Position numbers and translations under genes: made by a program. From positions 29,824,001 through 29,888,000 of the forward strand of contig CP068257.2 of the NCBI GenBank assembly GCA_009914755.4: DNA of 64,000 bases, in the 5' to 3' direction. Shown in pieces: positions 46,426 to 61,321 of the stretch; positions within the stretch are counted from its first letter, which is position 1, and each line of letters begins with the position of its first letter. The notes under the pieces are model-generated. The model saw only the letters and a program-made list of their open reading frames with translations, was not told where the DNA came from and made no database searches. This stretch comes from the human T2T-CHM13v2.0 reference genome, Homo sapiens.

Positions 46426-47100
46426 CTGGAAGCAATTTTAAGAGAGGGCTGACTTCCATGTCCATTACTACCACAACCACCACCATCACCTACCACTTCC
46501 TACCACCCTCCCCCAAATCTGGGTCAGCACCAAGCATGAGGAAAATGGAACTAAGGACAGGATTTCAGCTAGGAAAAAAAGGAGATCACGAAGCCTAGAT
46601 AATGAGTCAGGTGAGAGGAGTTTCTGCTCCATTCAGGACGCTGCCTTAAGATGTATTATGCCTAGATCATCCGTCTTGAGTTTCCTGGTTCACTCCGGAT
46701 TGCACCCTTTAAAGCATTTCGTAGTTTCCCTTTACAATCAGATCCTAATGATTCAAGGATTGCTAATCCAGGTGGCTGTACTCTCCAATTTTGGTTGCCA
46801 GCCATTTCTCTGCTTAGGAGCATCTCATCAAAGGGAGAGCAAAGGAAGTTTAAAGAAAGCCAATCAGTCAAGCAAGGCACCCTCACATTCCAAGCTCTTA
46901 CTTGAGTTAGGATGATGAAATTGACTTGGCAGGGGCCAAATCAAAAATAGAGGAAAAAAAAGGATGGGCGCAGTGGCTCACGCCTGCTGTGAGAGCCACA
47001 CCCTGGGCTCTGATGTATGTTGCAGTGACATGGCTAAATGTACCAAGGTCAAAATTGTCCATAATCCGCTATTGTGTCTCCCTTAGGAAAATGGTGAAGA

Positions 47101-47694
<594 letters not shown>

Positions 47695-49219
47695 TCAGCA
47701 CTCCAAAATACACTTGCTTTTTCTCTGACAAAACCAAGACGGCAGGCTGTAGGGATCCAGCACTGTGCATCCTGCATGAAAACAGTGGCTGACAGTGTCA
47801 GGACCCACAATACCTCTTCATCATCACAGTAAAGTCCGCCCTCAGAAGACTGGAGAGGTTGAAAGACCAGGAGAAACACCACCATTTGAGACATCACTAG
47901 CCTAAAATAAATAGGTTAATTTATGTTTAAAAAAAAAAAGTGAGGACCAGACTATGACCCCTTCCACGTCCAAAATTCTAAGCACGATTTGATAGACTAA
48001 CTATCCTAGGTATTCCAATGGAAGAGTTGGGATCAGCCCATCCACTTTCCCAGAGCAGATCTCTAATGCTTATATGGTATCATTCACAAAGGGATAAAAG
48101 AGTAACTGTCCCTCCTGCCAATCCCTGCCCAACCTTACAGTGAACAAGAGCCTGAATCTTCCAGATGAAGCATGAGCGCTCTCCAAGTTAAGCATGGGCG
48201 TGCAAAGGGCTGGCATGCTGTCTGTCTTGACTTGCTGAGGACTGACAGGTTCCTGCTTGCTGGCATATGTGTTACAAGGCAACCCAGGCCTACAATGAAC
48301 AACAGCCTGAGAGGGGTTGCCTTTGCAGGTAAAAGGGAGATCTGATTTAATCTTCACAGAGATGCAAGGGTGCATCCAGAAGAGGGGGCATGGCCGCTGA
48401 GAAGTGAGGAATCCAACCCTTTGGGGTAATTCATTCCCCGATACTTTTCAAGGATGGGCTGCCACTATGTCAAAAAGAAGGTACAACAAGTTCGCTACCT
48501 GGCAATTTCAGAAGCCACCTTGAGGGCAATGCACCCCTCCTCCAAGTTCAAGAATGCCACTGTAAGAAGCAGAAGCAATATGGGGAGCTGGGATCTAGGT
48601 CGCTCCTCTGTTAGATCTGAAAAGACTAAAACATGAAAACTTCCAAAGCTGGTAAAGCTACTTCCCAGTTAGCTCAACCCAGTGGAACCAAGGGTAGTTC
48701 TCCAGGTCAATGTCTCTGACTGCACCAGGGGCTGATGACTTCTGCAGTGGAGGGGGAAATGCAGAACTCAGTTTGGTTTTTTCTACGTTCAGATCCCAAG
48801 TCATCCCTTTCTTCTTTGGATGTTAAAGTAGTATTCATCGGCCTGCATTTTTTCAGGATCTCATGCTTGCTAATAACCACTGTTACTAAAAAAAAGAAAA
48901 AACTTCTAGAGAAACCTGACCCTTCTCCCAGAAGCTAAGAACTTGACAGCTATGGTCTCCTCCACATAATAGATACTCCTGCCCTGATACTGCAAGACAG
49001 AAATGACCACTTTTAAAGAAATTAGCAAGTACCTTCAACAAATTTGTTATTAGCCTCTGACAGTCCCGCACTGGAGACCTCAGAAACACCAAAAATAAAA
49101 AGATACAATCCCTGTCATAAAGGGACTTAGGACACAGAATGAGTGAGGACCCCATGGGCCTAAAGCAGCATCCCATGGTGTGTAGCTAAGAACAAACCAG
49201 ATTCAATCACAACTCAGCC

Positions 49220-49370
49220 ACTGATTGGCCGGGCGACCACAAGGCCAAGCAAGCTACTTAACCCTCAGTTTCCTCACCTACAAGATAGAGATCGTGAATC
49301 CACCTCACAGTGTTGACATAGGATTCAATGATATAACTCATGCAAAAAAGCTTAGCTCTCTACAGGAGAT
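49220..49370 (+). mobile_element. MIR SINE relic
   Basis: gccaagcaagctacttaaccctcagtttcctcacctacaagatagagatcgtgaatccacctcacagtgttgacataggattcaatgatataactcatgc. Confidence 0.55.
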
Positions 49371-49787
49371 ATTATCATCAGCATGAATAATTAGATTCTA
49401 AGACCAAGAAGTATAAATGTTAAAAGATATGAAAGGTCAAGGAAATTTTAAAACTAGAAGACCTGGAAACTGGATAAACAAAGAGCAAAGAGAGATCAAG
49501 AAAAAAAAAAGTAAATGTATTCTTCTTAAGCCAAGCTCACTGGTGTCATTCACAAACACAGGGAATTCTTGACCAAAAAGATGACTAAGATAACTACTTC
49601 AACCAGCACACTCTGGAGCCCATGGAATTGGAAGAGCACTCATTGAGTGTAGACATTGCAGAGAATTGTGGGGGAAAAAATCAGTGGATCAGCATTACCG
49701 TCTTAGATGTTTAAAGCCTCTGAAGTTTTCTTAGATGGAAAGATCATCAAAGGTTACTATTCCAGCTCATTTTAAAAGCTGATGCCA

Positions 49788-50098
49788 GGCCGGGCACGGC
49801 ATCAGATTTTTTTTGTAATCCTAGCAGTTTGGGAGGCTGAAGCGGGCGGATCACCTGAGGTCGGGAGTTCGAGACGAGCATGGCCAACACAGTGAATGAA
49901 ACCCCGTCTCTACTAAAATTACAAAAATTAGCCGGACGTGGTGGCGGGTGCCTGTAGTCCCAGCTACTTGGGAGGCTGAGGCAGGAAAAATGCTTGAACC
50001 CAGGAGGCGGAGGTTGCACTGAGCCAAGATCTTGGGCCACTGCACTCCAGCCTGGGCGACACGGTGAGACTCTGCCTCAAAAAAAAAAAAAAAAAAAA
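49788..50098 (+). mobile_element. Alu SINE, full length, 5' end carries an extra cggcatcagattttttttg segment, TSD gctgatgc
   Basis: ggccgggcacggcatcagattttttttgtaatcctagcagtttgggaggctgaagcgggcggatcacctgagg...; TSD 49776-49785 and 50100-50109. Confidence 0.92.
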
Positions 50099-50325
50099 GG
50101 CTGATGCGCACAACAGGAAACGACCAACTTGCTCAAGGTCCCACAGCTTGCTGGAGACAAAGCTCTGATTACAACCCAGGCACTGATGGCTGCCCTCATA
50201 GTTTTCTGCCCAGCACGACTCCTCTTCACAGCAGGAAATCAGCCACCTACACAGGCTCCCTCCCCATTTCCATCTCTCTTCCCCTCCCTAATAGCACTCT
50301 CTCTAAACTCACGCACTCTCACACA

Positions 50326-50333
<8 letters not shown>

Positions 50334-50360
<27 letters not shown>

Positions 50361-50363
50361 GCA
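50334..50363. repeat. (CA)n microsatellite, about 14 units
   Basis: acacacacacacacacacacacacacacat. Confidence 0.9.
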
Positions 50364-50392
50364 TCTGCATCTTTTTCCTCCCTTCCATATCT

Positions 50393-51240
50393 TTTTTTAA
50401 GGTATAAGAAATACATATACCATAACATCTATCATCTTAACCCTTCTTAAGTGTACAGTTCAGTGTTATTAAGTACATTCACATTATTGTGCAACTATCA
50501 CCAACATCCATCTTCCGAACTCTTTCCATCTTGCTAAACTGAAAGTCTATACCCGTCCAACACAAACTCCCTTGAATTTCACTACTCTAGGTCCCTCATA
50601 CAAGTGGAATCACATAGTATTTCTCTTTCTGTGTCTGGCTAATTTTACTTAACGTAATGTCTTCAAGATTCATCCATGTTGTAGCATGTGTCAGAATTTC
50701 CTTCCTTTTTGGCCAGGCACAGTGGCTCATGCCTGTAATCCCAGCACTTTGGGAGGCTGAGGCAGTTGAATCACTCAAGGTCAGGAGTTCAAGACCAGCC
50801 TGGGCAACATGGTGAAACCCCATCTCTATTAAAAATACAGAACTTAGCCAGGCATGGTGGCGCAAGCCTGTAATCCTAGCTACCTGGGTGGTTGAGGCAG
50901 GAGAATCACTTTAACCGGGAGGCAGAGGTTGCAGTGAGCCGAGATCGTGCCACTATACTCCAGCCTGGGCGACAGAGGGAGACCCTGTCTCAAACAAACA
51001 AACAAAAAACTCCCTTCTTAAGGCTAAATCATATTCCACTGTACGTATACACATTTTGTTGACCCACTCAATCAACAGACACTTGGGTTGCTTCCTCTTT
51101 TGGCTATTGTGAATAATGCTGTTATGTGCGTGGGTATGCAAATATCTCTCTAAGTGTCTGCTTTCAATTCTTTTGGGTAGAGACCCAGAAGTGAAATTGC
51201 TAGATCATATGGTAATTCTATTTTTAATTTTTTGAGGTGC
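50393..51240 (-). mobile_element. L1 (old L1M/L1PB-type) 3' end, minus, interrupted by Alu at 50709-51009 and truncated by Alu at 51250
   Basis: Reverse complement of the L1 3' region: ...gaagatggatgttggtgatagttgcacaataatgtgaatgtacttaa...; ttcatccatgttgtagcatgtgtcagaatttccttcc...; ...ttgttgacccactcaatcaacagacacttgggttgcttcctcttttggctattgtgaataatgctgttatgtgcgtgggtatgcaaatatctctctaagtgtctgctttcaattcttttgggtagagacccagaagtgaaattgctagatcatatggtaattctatttttaattttttgagg. Confidence 0.85.
50709..51009 (+). mobile_element. Alu SINE, full length, inserted into the L1 fragment, (CAAA)n tail
   Basis: ttggccaggcacagtggctcatgcctgtaatcccagcactttgggaggctgaggcagttgaatcactcaagg...gaccctgtctcaaacaaacaaacaaaaaa. 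Confidence 0.95.
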
Positions 51241-51249
51241 ATGCACCTT

Positions 51250-51252
51250 TTT

Positions 51253-51286
<34 letters not shown>

Positions 51287-51555
51287 AGACAGAGTCTTTC
51301 TCTGTCGCCCAGGATGGAGTGCAGTGCAAGGATCTCAGCTCATGAAACCTCTGCCTCCTGGGTTCAAGCAATTCTCTTGCCTCAGCCTCCTGAGTAGCTG
51401 GGATTACAGGCACCTGCCACCATGCCCCGCTAATTTTTTTGTATTCTTAGTAGAGATGGGGTTTCACCATGTTGGCCAGGCTGGTCTTGAACTCCTGACC
51501 TCAAGTGATCTGCCCACCTCAGCCTCTCAAAGTGCTGGGATTACAGGTGTGAGCC
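51250..51555 (-). mobile_element. Alu SINE, minus, about 35-nt poly-T
   Basis: poly-T then gagacagagtctttctctgtcgcccaggatggagtgcagtgcaaggatctcagctcatgaaacctctgcctcc...gtgctgggattacaggtgtgagcc. Confidence 0.93.
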
Positions 51556-51889
51556 TGTAAAAGGGACCATGTCTGGTCCCTTTTAAAATTATATCACACT
51601 TCTCCATAACTACAACTAATAGCAAAATATGTTTTCTTTTTTATTCAACTAATGTTTATTCAGCACCAATTATATGGTAGGCCTTGGGCTATGTACCTGG
51701 GATACGATCAATCATGACCTAAAGTCATGGTCCCCGTCCTCTTGGGACTCACAGTCTAGCAGGAGGGACAGACAGGAATCAGATCACAGGCAGCTATCTG
51801 GAGCAGACAGACAACAGTGAAACTGACGCAGGCAGCAGTAACTCTGCCATCAATCATATTATGGGAAGGTGTTTTAGGGTGGTAGCCCA

Positions 51890-52345
51890 GGGGTGGGTGT
51901 GTGCTGTGGGTTGAATTGAGTGCCTTAAAAGATATGCTGAAGTCCTACCTGTCCTACCTCCCAGAACCTGTGACTGTGACCCAACTGGAAATAGGGTCTT
52001 CGTAGACATAATCAAGTTAAGATGAAGTCATACTGGCTTAAGGTGGGCCCTATTCTAATGACCAATGTCCTAATAAAAAGAGGGAGACTTGGACACAGAC
52101 AGACATGGGGAAGGAGGACATGGAAGACACAGACAGGGACAGGAAGGACGCAGCTGCACACTGAGGAAGCCACCAGAAGCTGGAAGAGGGAAGGACAGGT
52201 TCTTCCTTAGAGCCTTCAGAGTGAACGTGGCCCTGCTCACACCTCAGTCGTGGACTTCGAGCCTCCTGAACTGTGGGAGACTACATTTGCATTGCTTGAC
52301 GCTTCCCCTCCATGGTACTCTGTTAGCACAGCCCTAGGAAACCCT
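51890..52345 (+). mobile_element. MLT1-type MaLR LTR (older subfamily), near full length
   Basis: gtgccttaaaagatatgctgaagtcctacc...ccagaacctgtgactgtgacccaactggaaatagggtcttcgtagacataatcaagttaagatgaagtcatactggcttaaggtgggccctattctaatgaccaatgtcctaataaaaagagggagacttggacacagacagac...gacttcgagcctcctgaactgtgggagactacatttgcattgcttg...cagccctaggaaaccctacag. Confidence 0.8.
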
Positions 52346-52414
52346 ACAGGGTGGAACGTAGTCCTAGGTTGGATTCTTTTCTACCTTTCCTTGGAGTGGG
52401 GAGGAGAGAGATAG

Positions 52415-52750
<336 letters not shown>

Positions 52751-54094
52751 CTCATCTTGAAATTTCTAACCAACTTTCGATCCTGGCCTGTGGACCTGAG
52801 TCTCAGCTTCTGACTCTGTAGGGTGAGTGTGCCCTTAGACTATATCCGAGATCCTAGCGTTGAAGTGGTCCTAAGGTTCCCACGGAGTCTTTTTCAAGCT
52901 AGCCCACAGGGCAGTTCCTGATCACCCCCATGGGAGACCTATGCGCACACTATTGGTATTAAGATATGACTTGCTGCAGGACATTTAGCAAACTGGGCTG
53001 TGCTACGAACTCACCTGCCCCTCCCCCATGCCTTGTCATGAACAAAAATGCCTCCACCCCTATGTCTAGAGAAGCCAGCAAGAGGTGAGACCCCCTGGAG
53101 GGAATGAGTCTTAAAGCTGGGTCATAGAGCAGGCCACTGATTTTCCATGAGATCTATGTTTGAATACATTTGGAGTATCTGCGTGCCTCCGTGGTGGAGA
53201 TTATGGGGTATGGAGGGCACCCTGCACAATGGTTCTTCAGGACTACCCGACAAACCCTACCTGCTGAGACTGGGAGGTCACCCCAGGGAGACTCACCCAT
53301 TTAGGGAACCACTACTACAGCTGGGAGTGTCTCACCCTGTTGGATGGATCAGGCATGGCATGGGGAAGCCTCCTGAATATGACATGGAAAAAGGAAGCAG
53401 ACATCCCCCGGCAGAGGTGCAAACCCAGCTCTCCTGGAGTCCTGCAAAGCCCCCAGGACCCACTCAAGGGCCATGTGAGCACCAAGTCACCTGCCTGGCA
53501 CAGGCGCCACTTCCCACCCGCTCCTCGGGCACCCAACTGTTCCAGCACTCATCACTGCACCTCCTCCGCCACTGTCAACACAAACACCCACACCCAGGCA
53601 GGAAGTAAAAATAACCAGCCGTTTCATAGCATGTCTCATGCCTCATCTCCTTCCCGAGGCACGCCTCTCTCAGTCCCCTGCAGGCATCAAGGACCCACAG
53701 AGAGGAGAGAGAGGCAGGGAGTTAAGACAGTTCCAATGCCCTGTGCTTTGTCTACACTGTCAGACAGAGATCATCTCTAAAAGGGATAAAAGTCAGAGGC
53801 CCTTCCCTTGCAACAAAGACGGGGCTGCATGTTTCTCTCTCAGGGGCGCCCCCTACCTGGAAGGACAGTTCTTTCTACCAGTAAATTCCACGTGCCTGGA
53901 GAGCCGCAGAACTTCAGGGATGAGTCAGCCAATTACCGCTGGGCCCCTCCCCACCACGAGAGTGTGTTTATCTATCTCAGGCAGAGGTACTAGTGCCCAG
54001 GCAGAAAAGACATGAAAATCACAACCCCAGACCAGAACTAGCATCTTTTATGAGGCACAGCCATCAAAGGACCTCCTGACAGCAAAGCCTGGTG

Positions 54095-54160
54095 CTATGG
54101 TTCTGAAGTGCATCCCCCAAAAAGATATGCTGAAGTCCTAACCCGGGGTACCCGTAAATG
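54095..54160 (+). mobile_element. MLT1-type LTR 5' fragment, +
   Basis: gtgcatcccccaaaaagatatgctgaagtcctaacccggggtacccgtaaatgtaactgc. Confidence 0.55.
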
Positions 54161-54162
54161 TA

Positions 54163-54595
54163 ACTGCATCAGTTTGCTAGGCTTGCCATAACAAAATACC
54201 AGAGTCTAGGTGGTTTGAACAACAGCAACTTATTATCTTACAGTTCTGGAGACTGGAGTCCGCGACCAAAGGGCCAGCAGGGTGGTTTCTCCTGAGGCCT
54301 CTCCTCGGCTGGCAGATGGCTGCCTTCTTTCTCGCTGTGTCCTCACACAGCCTCTCCTCTGTGCGTGCACATCCCTGGTGCCTCTATGACCAAATTTCCT
54401 CTACTCATAAGGACAACGGTCAGATGGATTAGAGCCCACCCTAAGGACCTCATTTGCACTTCATCATCTCTTTAGAAGTCCTGTCTCCAAATACAATCAC
54501 ATTCTGGCGTAATGAGGGTTCGGGATTCAACATATGAAGTTTCAACATAGGAAGTTTTGGGGGAACACATTTCAGCCCATAACAGACCTCATTTG
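54163..54595 (-). mobile_element. MLT1-type MaLR LTR, minus, near full length
   Basis: gtaactgcatcagtttgctaggcttgccataacaaaataccagagtctaggtggtttgaacaacagcaacttattatcttacagttctggagactggagtccgcgaccaaagg...ctcataaggacaacggtcagatggattagagcccaccctaaggacctcatttgcacttcatcatctctttagaagtcctgtctccaaatacaatcacattctgg...ttcagcccataaca. Confidence 0.8.
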
Positions 54596-54604
54596 AAAAC
54601 TGTT

Positions 54605-54894
<290 letters not shown>

Positions 54895-55179
54895 AAACTG
54901 TTTACTTTTTATGATCATGTCTTGCAGATGTAATTCATTAAGATGAGGACATATTGGAGTAGGGTGGTCCCTGAGTTCCTATGACTGGTGTCTTTGCAAG
55001 AAGAAAAAAGACACAAAGATACACACAGTGAAGGTAACCATTTGAAAGCAGAGACACATAGGACAACGCCATGTGGCAACAGAAGAGAGACAAGTCAAAG
55101 AATGCCATAGGTTGCTGGGAAGCACCATAAGTTAGGAAAAGGCAAAGAAGGATTCTACACAGCATCACAGGAGGAACCA

Positions 55180-55310
55180 ATGCCGCGGGCACCCTGAGTC
55201 TGGGCTTGTGCCCTGCAGAACAACGAGAGAATAAACTTGTGTTGTTCTAAGTCACCCTGTTGGTGGCACTTTGTTAGGGCAACCCTAGGACACTCAGCCC
55301 TAGGAAACCA
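55180..55310 (+). mobile_element. MaLR LTR 3'-end fragment
   Basis: gggcttgtgccctgcagaacaacgagagaataaacttgtgttgttctaagtcaccctgttggtggcactttgttagggcaaccctagg resembles an MLT1/MST 3' end (ccagaactgtgagaaataaatgtttgttgtttaagccacccagtctatggtattttgttatagcagcc). Confidence 0.5.
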
Positions 55311-55439
55311 GGGTGAGCAGTTGGCTGGGCACTAAAGGTTCAGACCTCTTGAGGCCGCTTAGCCATACATAGAAAGCCTCCGTCAACACTATTTCCTTCT
55401 AATAAAATTCAATAATTGACTTGCAATACAGCCTAGCAG

Positions 55440-55650
55440 AGGAATTCTTAGTGCGGACTCTGTGGCCAGACTGCCTGGGTTCAGAACCTTGGTCTGTCCC
55501 TTACCAGACATCTGACCTTGGCCAAGACACACCCCCAGGGCCTCAGTTTTCCTCATCTGTAAAAAGGGCATGATAATAATAGTATCTAGCTCATCCTGCT
55601 AGGAAAATCACATGAGGCAATACTTACGCAGCAATCAATGCCTGGCACCG
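55440..55650 (+). mobile_element. MIR SINE relic
   Basis: cagactgcctgggttcagaaccttggtctgtcccttaccagacatctgaccttggccaagacacacccccagggcctcagttttcctcatctgtaaaaagggcatgataataatagtatctagctcatcctgctaggaaaatcacatgaggcaatacttacgcagcaatcaatgcctggcaccgagtcc matches the MIR consensus over about 190 bp. Confidence 0.75.
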
Positions 55651-56164
55651 AGTCCAAGCTATGCATGGGTTTGATAAGTCCTGACAAAGAGTTATGTCAC
55701 CGACGTATGCTTCTCTCAGTTGTATGTGAAATCCCGAAGAATCCTGGGTCGGGCCTCCCCGATCCTGGACTGATCATGTGTAACCTTAAAATTCACCAAA
55801 GTTCCAGGAAGGCACTTTGCAGAAAGGGAAAATGTAATAATACAAAGGAAACATTCCTAAATGATTAAAATGTCCCAAACTTACACCTCGTTGCTAGGGC
55901 AAGGGAAAAATATTATAACAACAAAATTTAATTTGAGAATCTATTTGAAAAATCAGCTGGAAGTGACAGGCAGAAATAGACAAGAGAGACACCATCTCAG
56001 CCATGGGCACGAAGGAGAGTGGCAGGTTAGGGTCAAGTGGCAAACCACAGCCCGTGGCAAACTCCTGGGTATGTCACACACAAAAACGTTGACAAGACAT
56101 TTACCTAAGCTGCCTGGGATGCACTGAATTTCCTTATCCTACTGCAATTTATTTTATTTGTTTA

Positions 56165-56460
56165 TTTTATTTTTTGAGATAGGGTCTCACTCTGTTGCCC
56201 AGGCTGGAGTACAGTGGTACAATCTTGGCTCACTGCAGCCTTGACCTCCTAGGTTGAAGCGATCCTCCCACCTCAGCCTCCCAAGTAGCTGGGACTACAG
56301 GCACATATCACCATGCCCAGCTAATTTTTTTTCACTTTTTGTAGAGGTGGGGCCTCCCCTGTGTTGCCCAGGCTGGTCTCAAACTCCTGGGCTCAAGTCA
56401 TCCACCCGCCTCGGCCTCCCAAAGTGCTGGAATTACAGGTATGAGCCATCTCATCTGGCC
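56165..56460 (-). mobile_element. Alu SINE, minus
   Basis: ttttttgagatagggtctcactctgttgcccaggctggagtacagtggtacaatcttggctcactgcagcc...gtgctggaattacaggtatgagccatctcatctggcc. Confidence 0.92.
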
Positions 56461-56588
56461 ACAATTTTATTTTTACTGTTGTCACAACAGCACTATATAA
56501 ATCAATGAATGGCCTGTGACCCAGTTTGAAAACTACGGACACAGCCCTCTGCAAAATCCTTCCTACTTCATTTTTTCAGAATATTTAA

Positions 56589-57008
<420 letters not shown>

Positions 57009-57264
57009 AAAGACAGTCTTTTCTAACCATAGGGAAAACTATAATGTTCTAAAATAAACAATATGAGACTGGACACTAAAGACTATGAGGAAACAGGCTT
57101 CCAGAGGGCTAACTGCTCTATGCTAAAAATTCAGTGAAGTTTAACATTTACTCTTTTTTAACATAATTCTTAACTTCTAAAGCAATGCTATTTATTTTGT
57201 TTAATAAACATTTTCACACATGCCATATATATATGTTCCATACATATACACGTACCATGTTCCA

Positions 57265-57440
57265 GACACTATTTTAAACCCTTCACAAATATTAACTCAT
57301 TTAATCCTCACAATGACCCTATGAAATAGGTAAACTATATGACACCATTTTACAGGTGGGGAAACTGAGGCCCAGAGAAGCTACCTGCCCAAAGTTAAGA
57401 GCTGGGATTCCAGTCCACTAGTCTGTGCTGCTCTAATTGA
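57265..57440 (-). mobile_element. MIR SINE relic, minus
   Basis: ttaactcatttaatcctcacaatgaccctatgaaataggtaaactatatgacaccattttacaggtggggaaactgaggcccagagaagctacctgcccaaagttaagagctgggattccagtccactagtctgtgctgctc. Confidence 0.75.
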
Positions 57441-57789
57441 TTTCTTCATCAATTTTCTCACTATCTCAGGTGCCCCTGTTCGCTATTAAGCGAACTTCCT
57501 CTTGAGTTTCAATGCTACCATGTTGTGAAATGCAAACTCTTAAACAAACAGCCCTGCCATTCAGGAGGGTGACCCACAAGCTCTCACCCTTTCAGCAGTC
57601 ATCATCCCTTCCATGTTCTTTAGCAGTAGAATCAGACTGTCAAAATTAGCTCCTTAGAAACCAGAATATACCTATATTGAAAGAGCTAACTTCTGGATCT
57701 GTTTTAATGGAAACTCTTGTACAGATACCATGCCCTTCAGTTGTTTTCTTTAGGGTCAATCTAGACCTACTTGTAAAAATAAGGTTCTG

Positions 57790-58086
<297 letters not shown>

Positions 58087-58496
58087 AATAAGGTTCTGGC
58101 ACATCCCCCAAAGGCCTGCGACAGAGGGACATTTCTGGAAGGAAAATTCCCTTGTATTTCAAAAGCGGCTCTGACCCCATCCTCCTGCCTCATCCCACCC
58201 TCAATTGTATTTCATGATCTAAGAGGTGAAATTAAGAACAGACTCCCTGACTTGTAGAATCAAAGATGTTTGCCCCCACACATAATGCAAACCCAAGATT
58301 AAAGAAAGTAAAAACCGTTTAAGACCAAAAAGGCAATTATCCAACCAATCTCGTTTAATGAGAGAATTTACAAATTCTAGGTTCTTCCTTCTAGGGTTCT
58401 AAAGATTAGCCACCAATTGCTCAGGGCCAGCAAAGCAGCTGCCACAAATGTTAAGTTCCTAGCTGGAAAGTTAAAAAAATCATATTGATTTTTGAA

Positions 58497-58769
58497 CTTT
58501 GGGAGGCCAAAATGGGCAGATCACCTGGGGTCAGGAGTTTGAGACCAGCCTGACCAAGATGGTAAAACCCCATCTCTACTAAAAATACAAAAAAAAAAAA
58601 AAAATAGCCAGGTGTGGTGGCAGGCACCACACCTGTAAACCCAGCTACTCAGCAGGCTGAGGCACGAGAATCGCTTAAACCTGGGAGGTGGAGATTGCAG
58701 TGAGCCAAGATTGCACCGCTGTTCTCCAGCCTGGGTGACAAAGTGAGACGCTTATCTCAAAAAAAAAAT
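58497..58769 (+). mobile_element. Alu SINE, 5'-truncated by about 36 nt, TSD atattgat
   Basis: actttgggaggccaaaatgggcagatcacctggggtcaggagtttgagaccagcctgaccaagatgg...; TSD 58483-58490 and 58770-58777. Confidence 0.92.
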
Positions 58770-59374
58770 ATTGATCTGAGTTTTGATACAACCACAGTCC
58801 TCCAAACCTCCAGCGTTCTGAACTGCAGAGTGCACGCCTGGAGGTCTGGAGTGTGGTCCCTGCTGATGCAGCTGCGCTGCCCTCTCTCTGCAAGAAAAAG
58901 GCCTCCTGCAGCCCGCAGCTGGGTGGAACCACGGGACAAAGCAGACTTTGTTCCAGCGGAAAGCCGATGTTAGGAGTTGGGAGAGATGGAAAGCAAGATA
59001 GAGTCACTTTATTTCTTGCTTCCAACTCTCATTATGTCTATTACACAGGCACACGACAGCTGCCAGACCCAGAAGTAGGCAGACGGGCCTTGCCTGGTTC
59101 GGTGACTCTTTTGCCAAAGGACATTGTGGATTTGACTACACTTTTGCAGAAACCCAAGTTTGGCCCTGGACCAAAAACCAGTCCTACCCTTTGTTATCCA
59201 CCTTTTACCTTTCTTCGCTATCGACCCACAGGCCCCAACTCCAAAATCATGACCCACCCTCCCCACGCAGCCCTCATGTGCCTGGAGGGCCCCTTCTTCT
59301 TTTGTCTCTCTAGGAAAATCTCACCATCTTCTAGGTTGAGTTAGATACTCTATCCTCCATCCTATTGCACAGAA

Positions 59375-59530
59375 ATCCTCAAAGTGTGGTCCCTGGACCA
59401 GTGGCATCAATATCAAAATCTGTGCACTGTGCCCCAGATCTACTGAAACAGAAGCTTGGGGTGAACCAGCAACCTGTGCTTTCACAAGCCCTCCGGGGGT
59501 GTTGATGCCCACTCAAGCTTTGCCCACTTC
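59375..59530 (+). mobile_element. Tigger-family MITE fragment (MER44/Tigger7-like)
   Basis: cctcaaagtgtggtccctggaccagtggcatcaatatcaaaatctgtgcactgtgccccagatctactgaaacagaagcttggggtgaaccagcaacctgtgctttcacaagccctccgggggtgttgatgcccactcaagctttg resembles cagtggctctcaaagtgtggtccgcggaccagcagcatc...ctactgaatcagaaactctggggtggggcccagcaatctgtgttttaacaagccctccaggtgattctgatgcacgctaaagtttgagaaccactg from memory. Confidence 0.5.
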
Positions 59531-59853
59531 AACAGCCATAATCACTACTTTACCTCCTCCCTACTTAGCTTAGGACTCTGTCATTGTAAGTCCCTCAGAG
59601 TCTGGCACAAGCTAGGCACCCTATAAACACCCAATTGTTGAATTAAGCTAAATAACCTCTTCTAAAACTTGAAAGGGCAGTGTGAAATCGACAACTTTAC
59701 AGGCTGCTGAACCTCCACCACCATCTTCAGACATGCAGCGCCAGCAACACCCAGGAATCCTGCAGAATAAAATCCTGCAGAATAAAGCCAGACTCGGTCA
59801 GAATTTCCATGGAGCAAGTGATTTGGGAAAAATTAATATGTGGCTCCTGTTCA

Positions 59854-60190
<337 letters not shown>

Positions 60191-60192
60191 TA

Positions 60193-60544
<352 letters not shown>

Positions 60545-60839
60545 TCAAAAGGAGTCTTCACTGGCTCCATCAGGACAGCAGAGTTGAACCACTCCCTAAG
60601 GAAGAGAATTCTCTAAGAGAAATTAACCCACAGTATTTGGTGTAACGTCCTCTTGCCTCATTAGAGCCACTGATTCCAAGCTTCCACCCTGCAAAACTCA
60701 ACACACTATTGGTGCTCACACAACTGGACTTACCCTAAAAAAAAAAAAAAAGAAGGAGAAGAAAAGATAGATAAAAATCAGAATAAAATTGAATAACAGG
60801 GCAGCACAGCACAAAATCCTTAGAAATATAATGAATTCA

Positions 60840-61242
<403 letters not shown>

Positions 61243-61321
61243 CTAAAGGCAGACCACACAAGTGTTCCCTGCTCCATCACACGATCTCAGGAGATCTGTG
61301 TAAAGAGCTTTAAAACAGACT

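Noticed and set aside
53147-54015. Three overlapping + ORFs (153, 146, 125 aa)
   Set aside because: All three frames are open at the same place, which reflects stop-poor GC-rich DNA rather than coding sequence. I know of no homology signal. The region is flagged only for conservation and regulatory checks.
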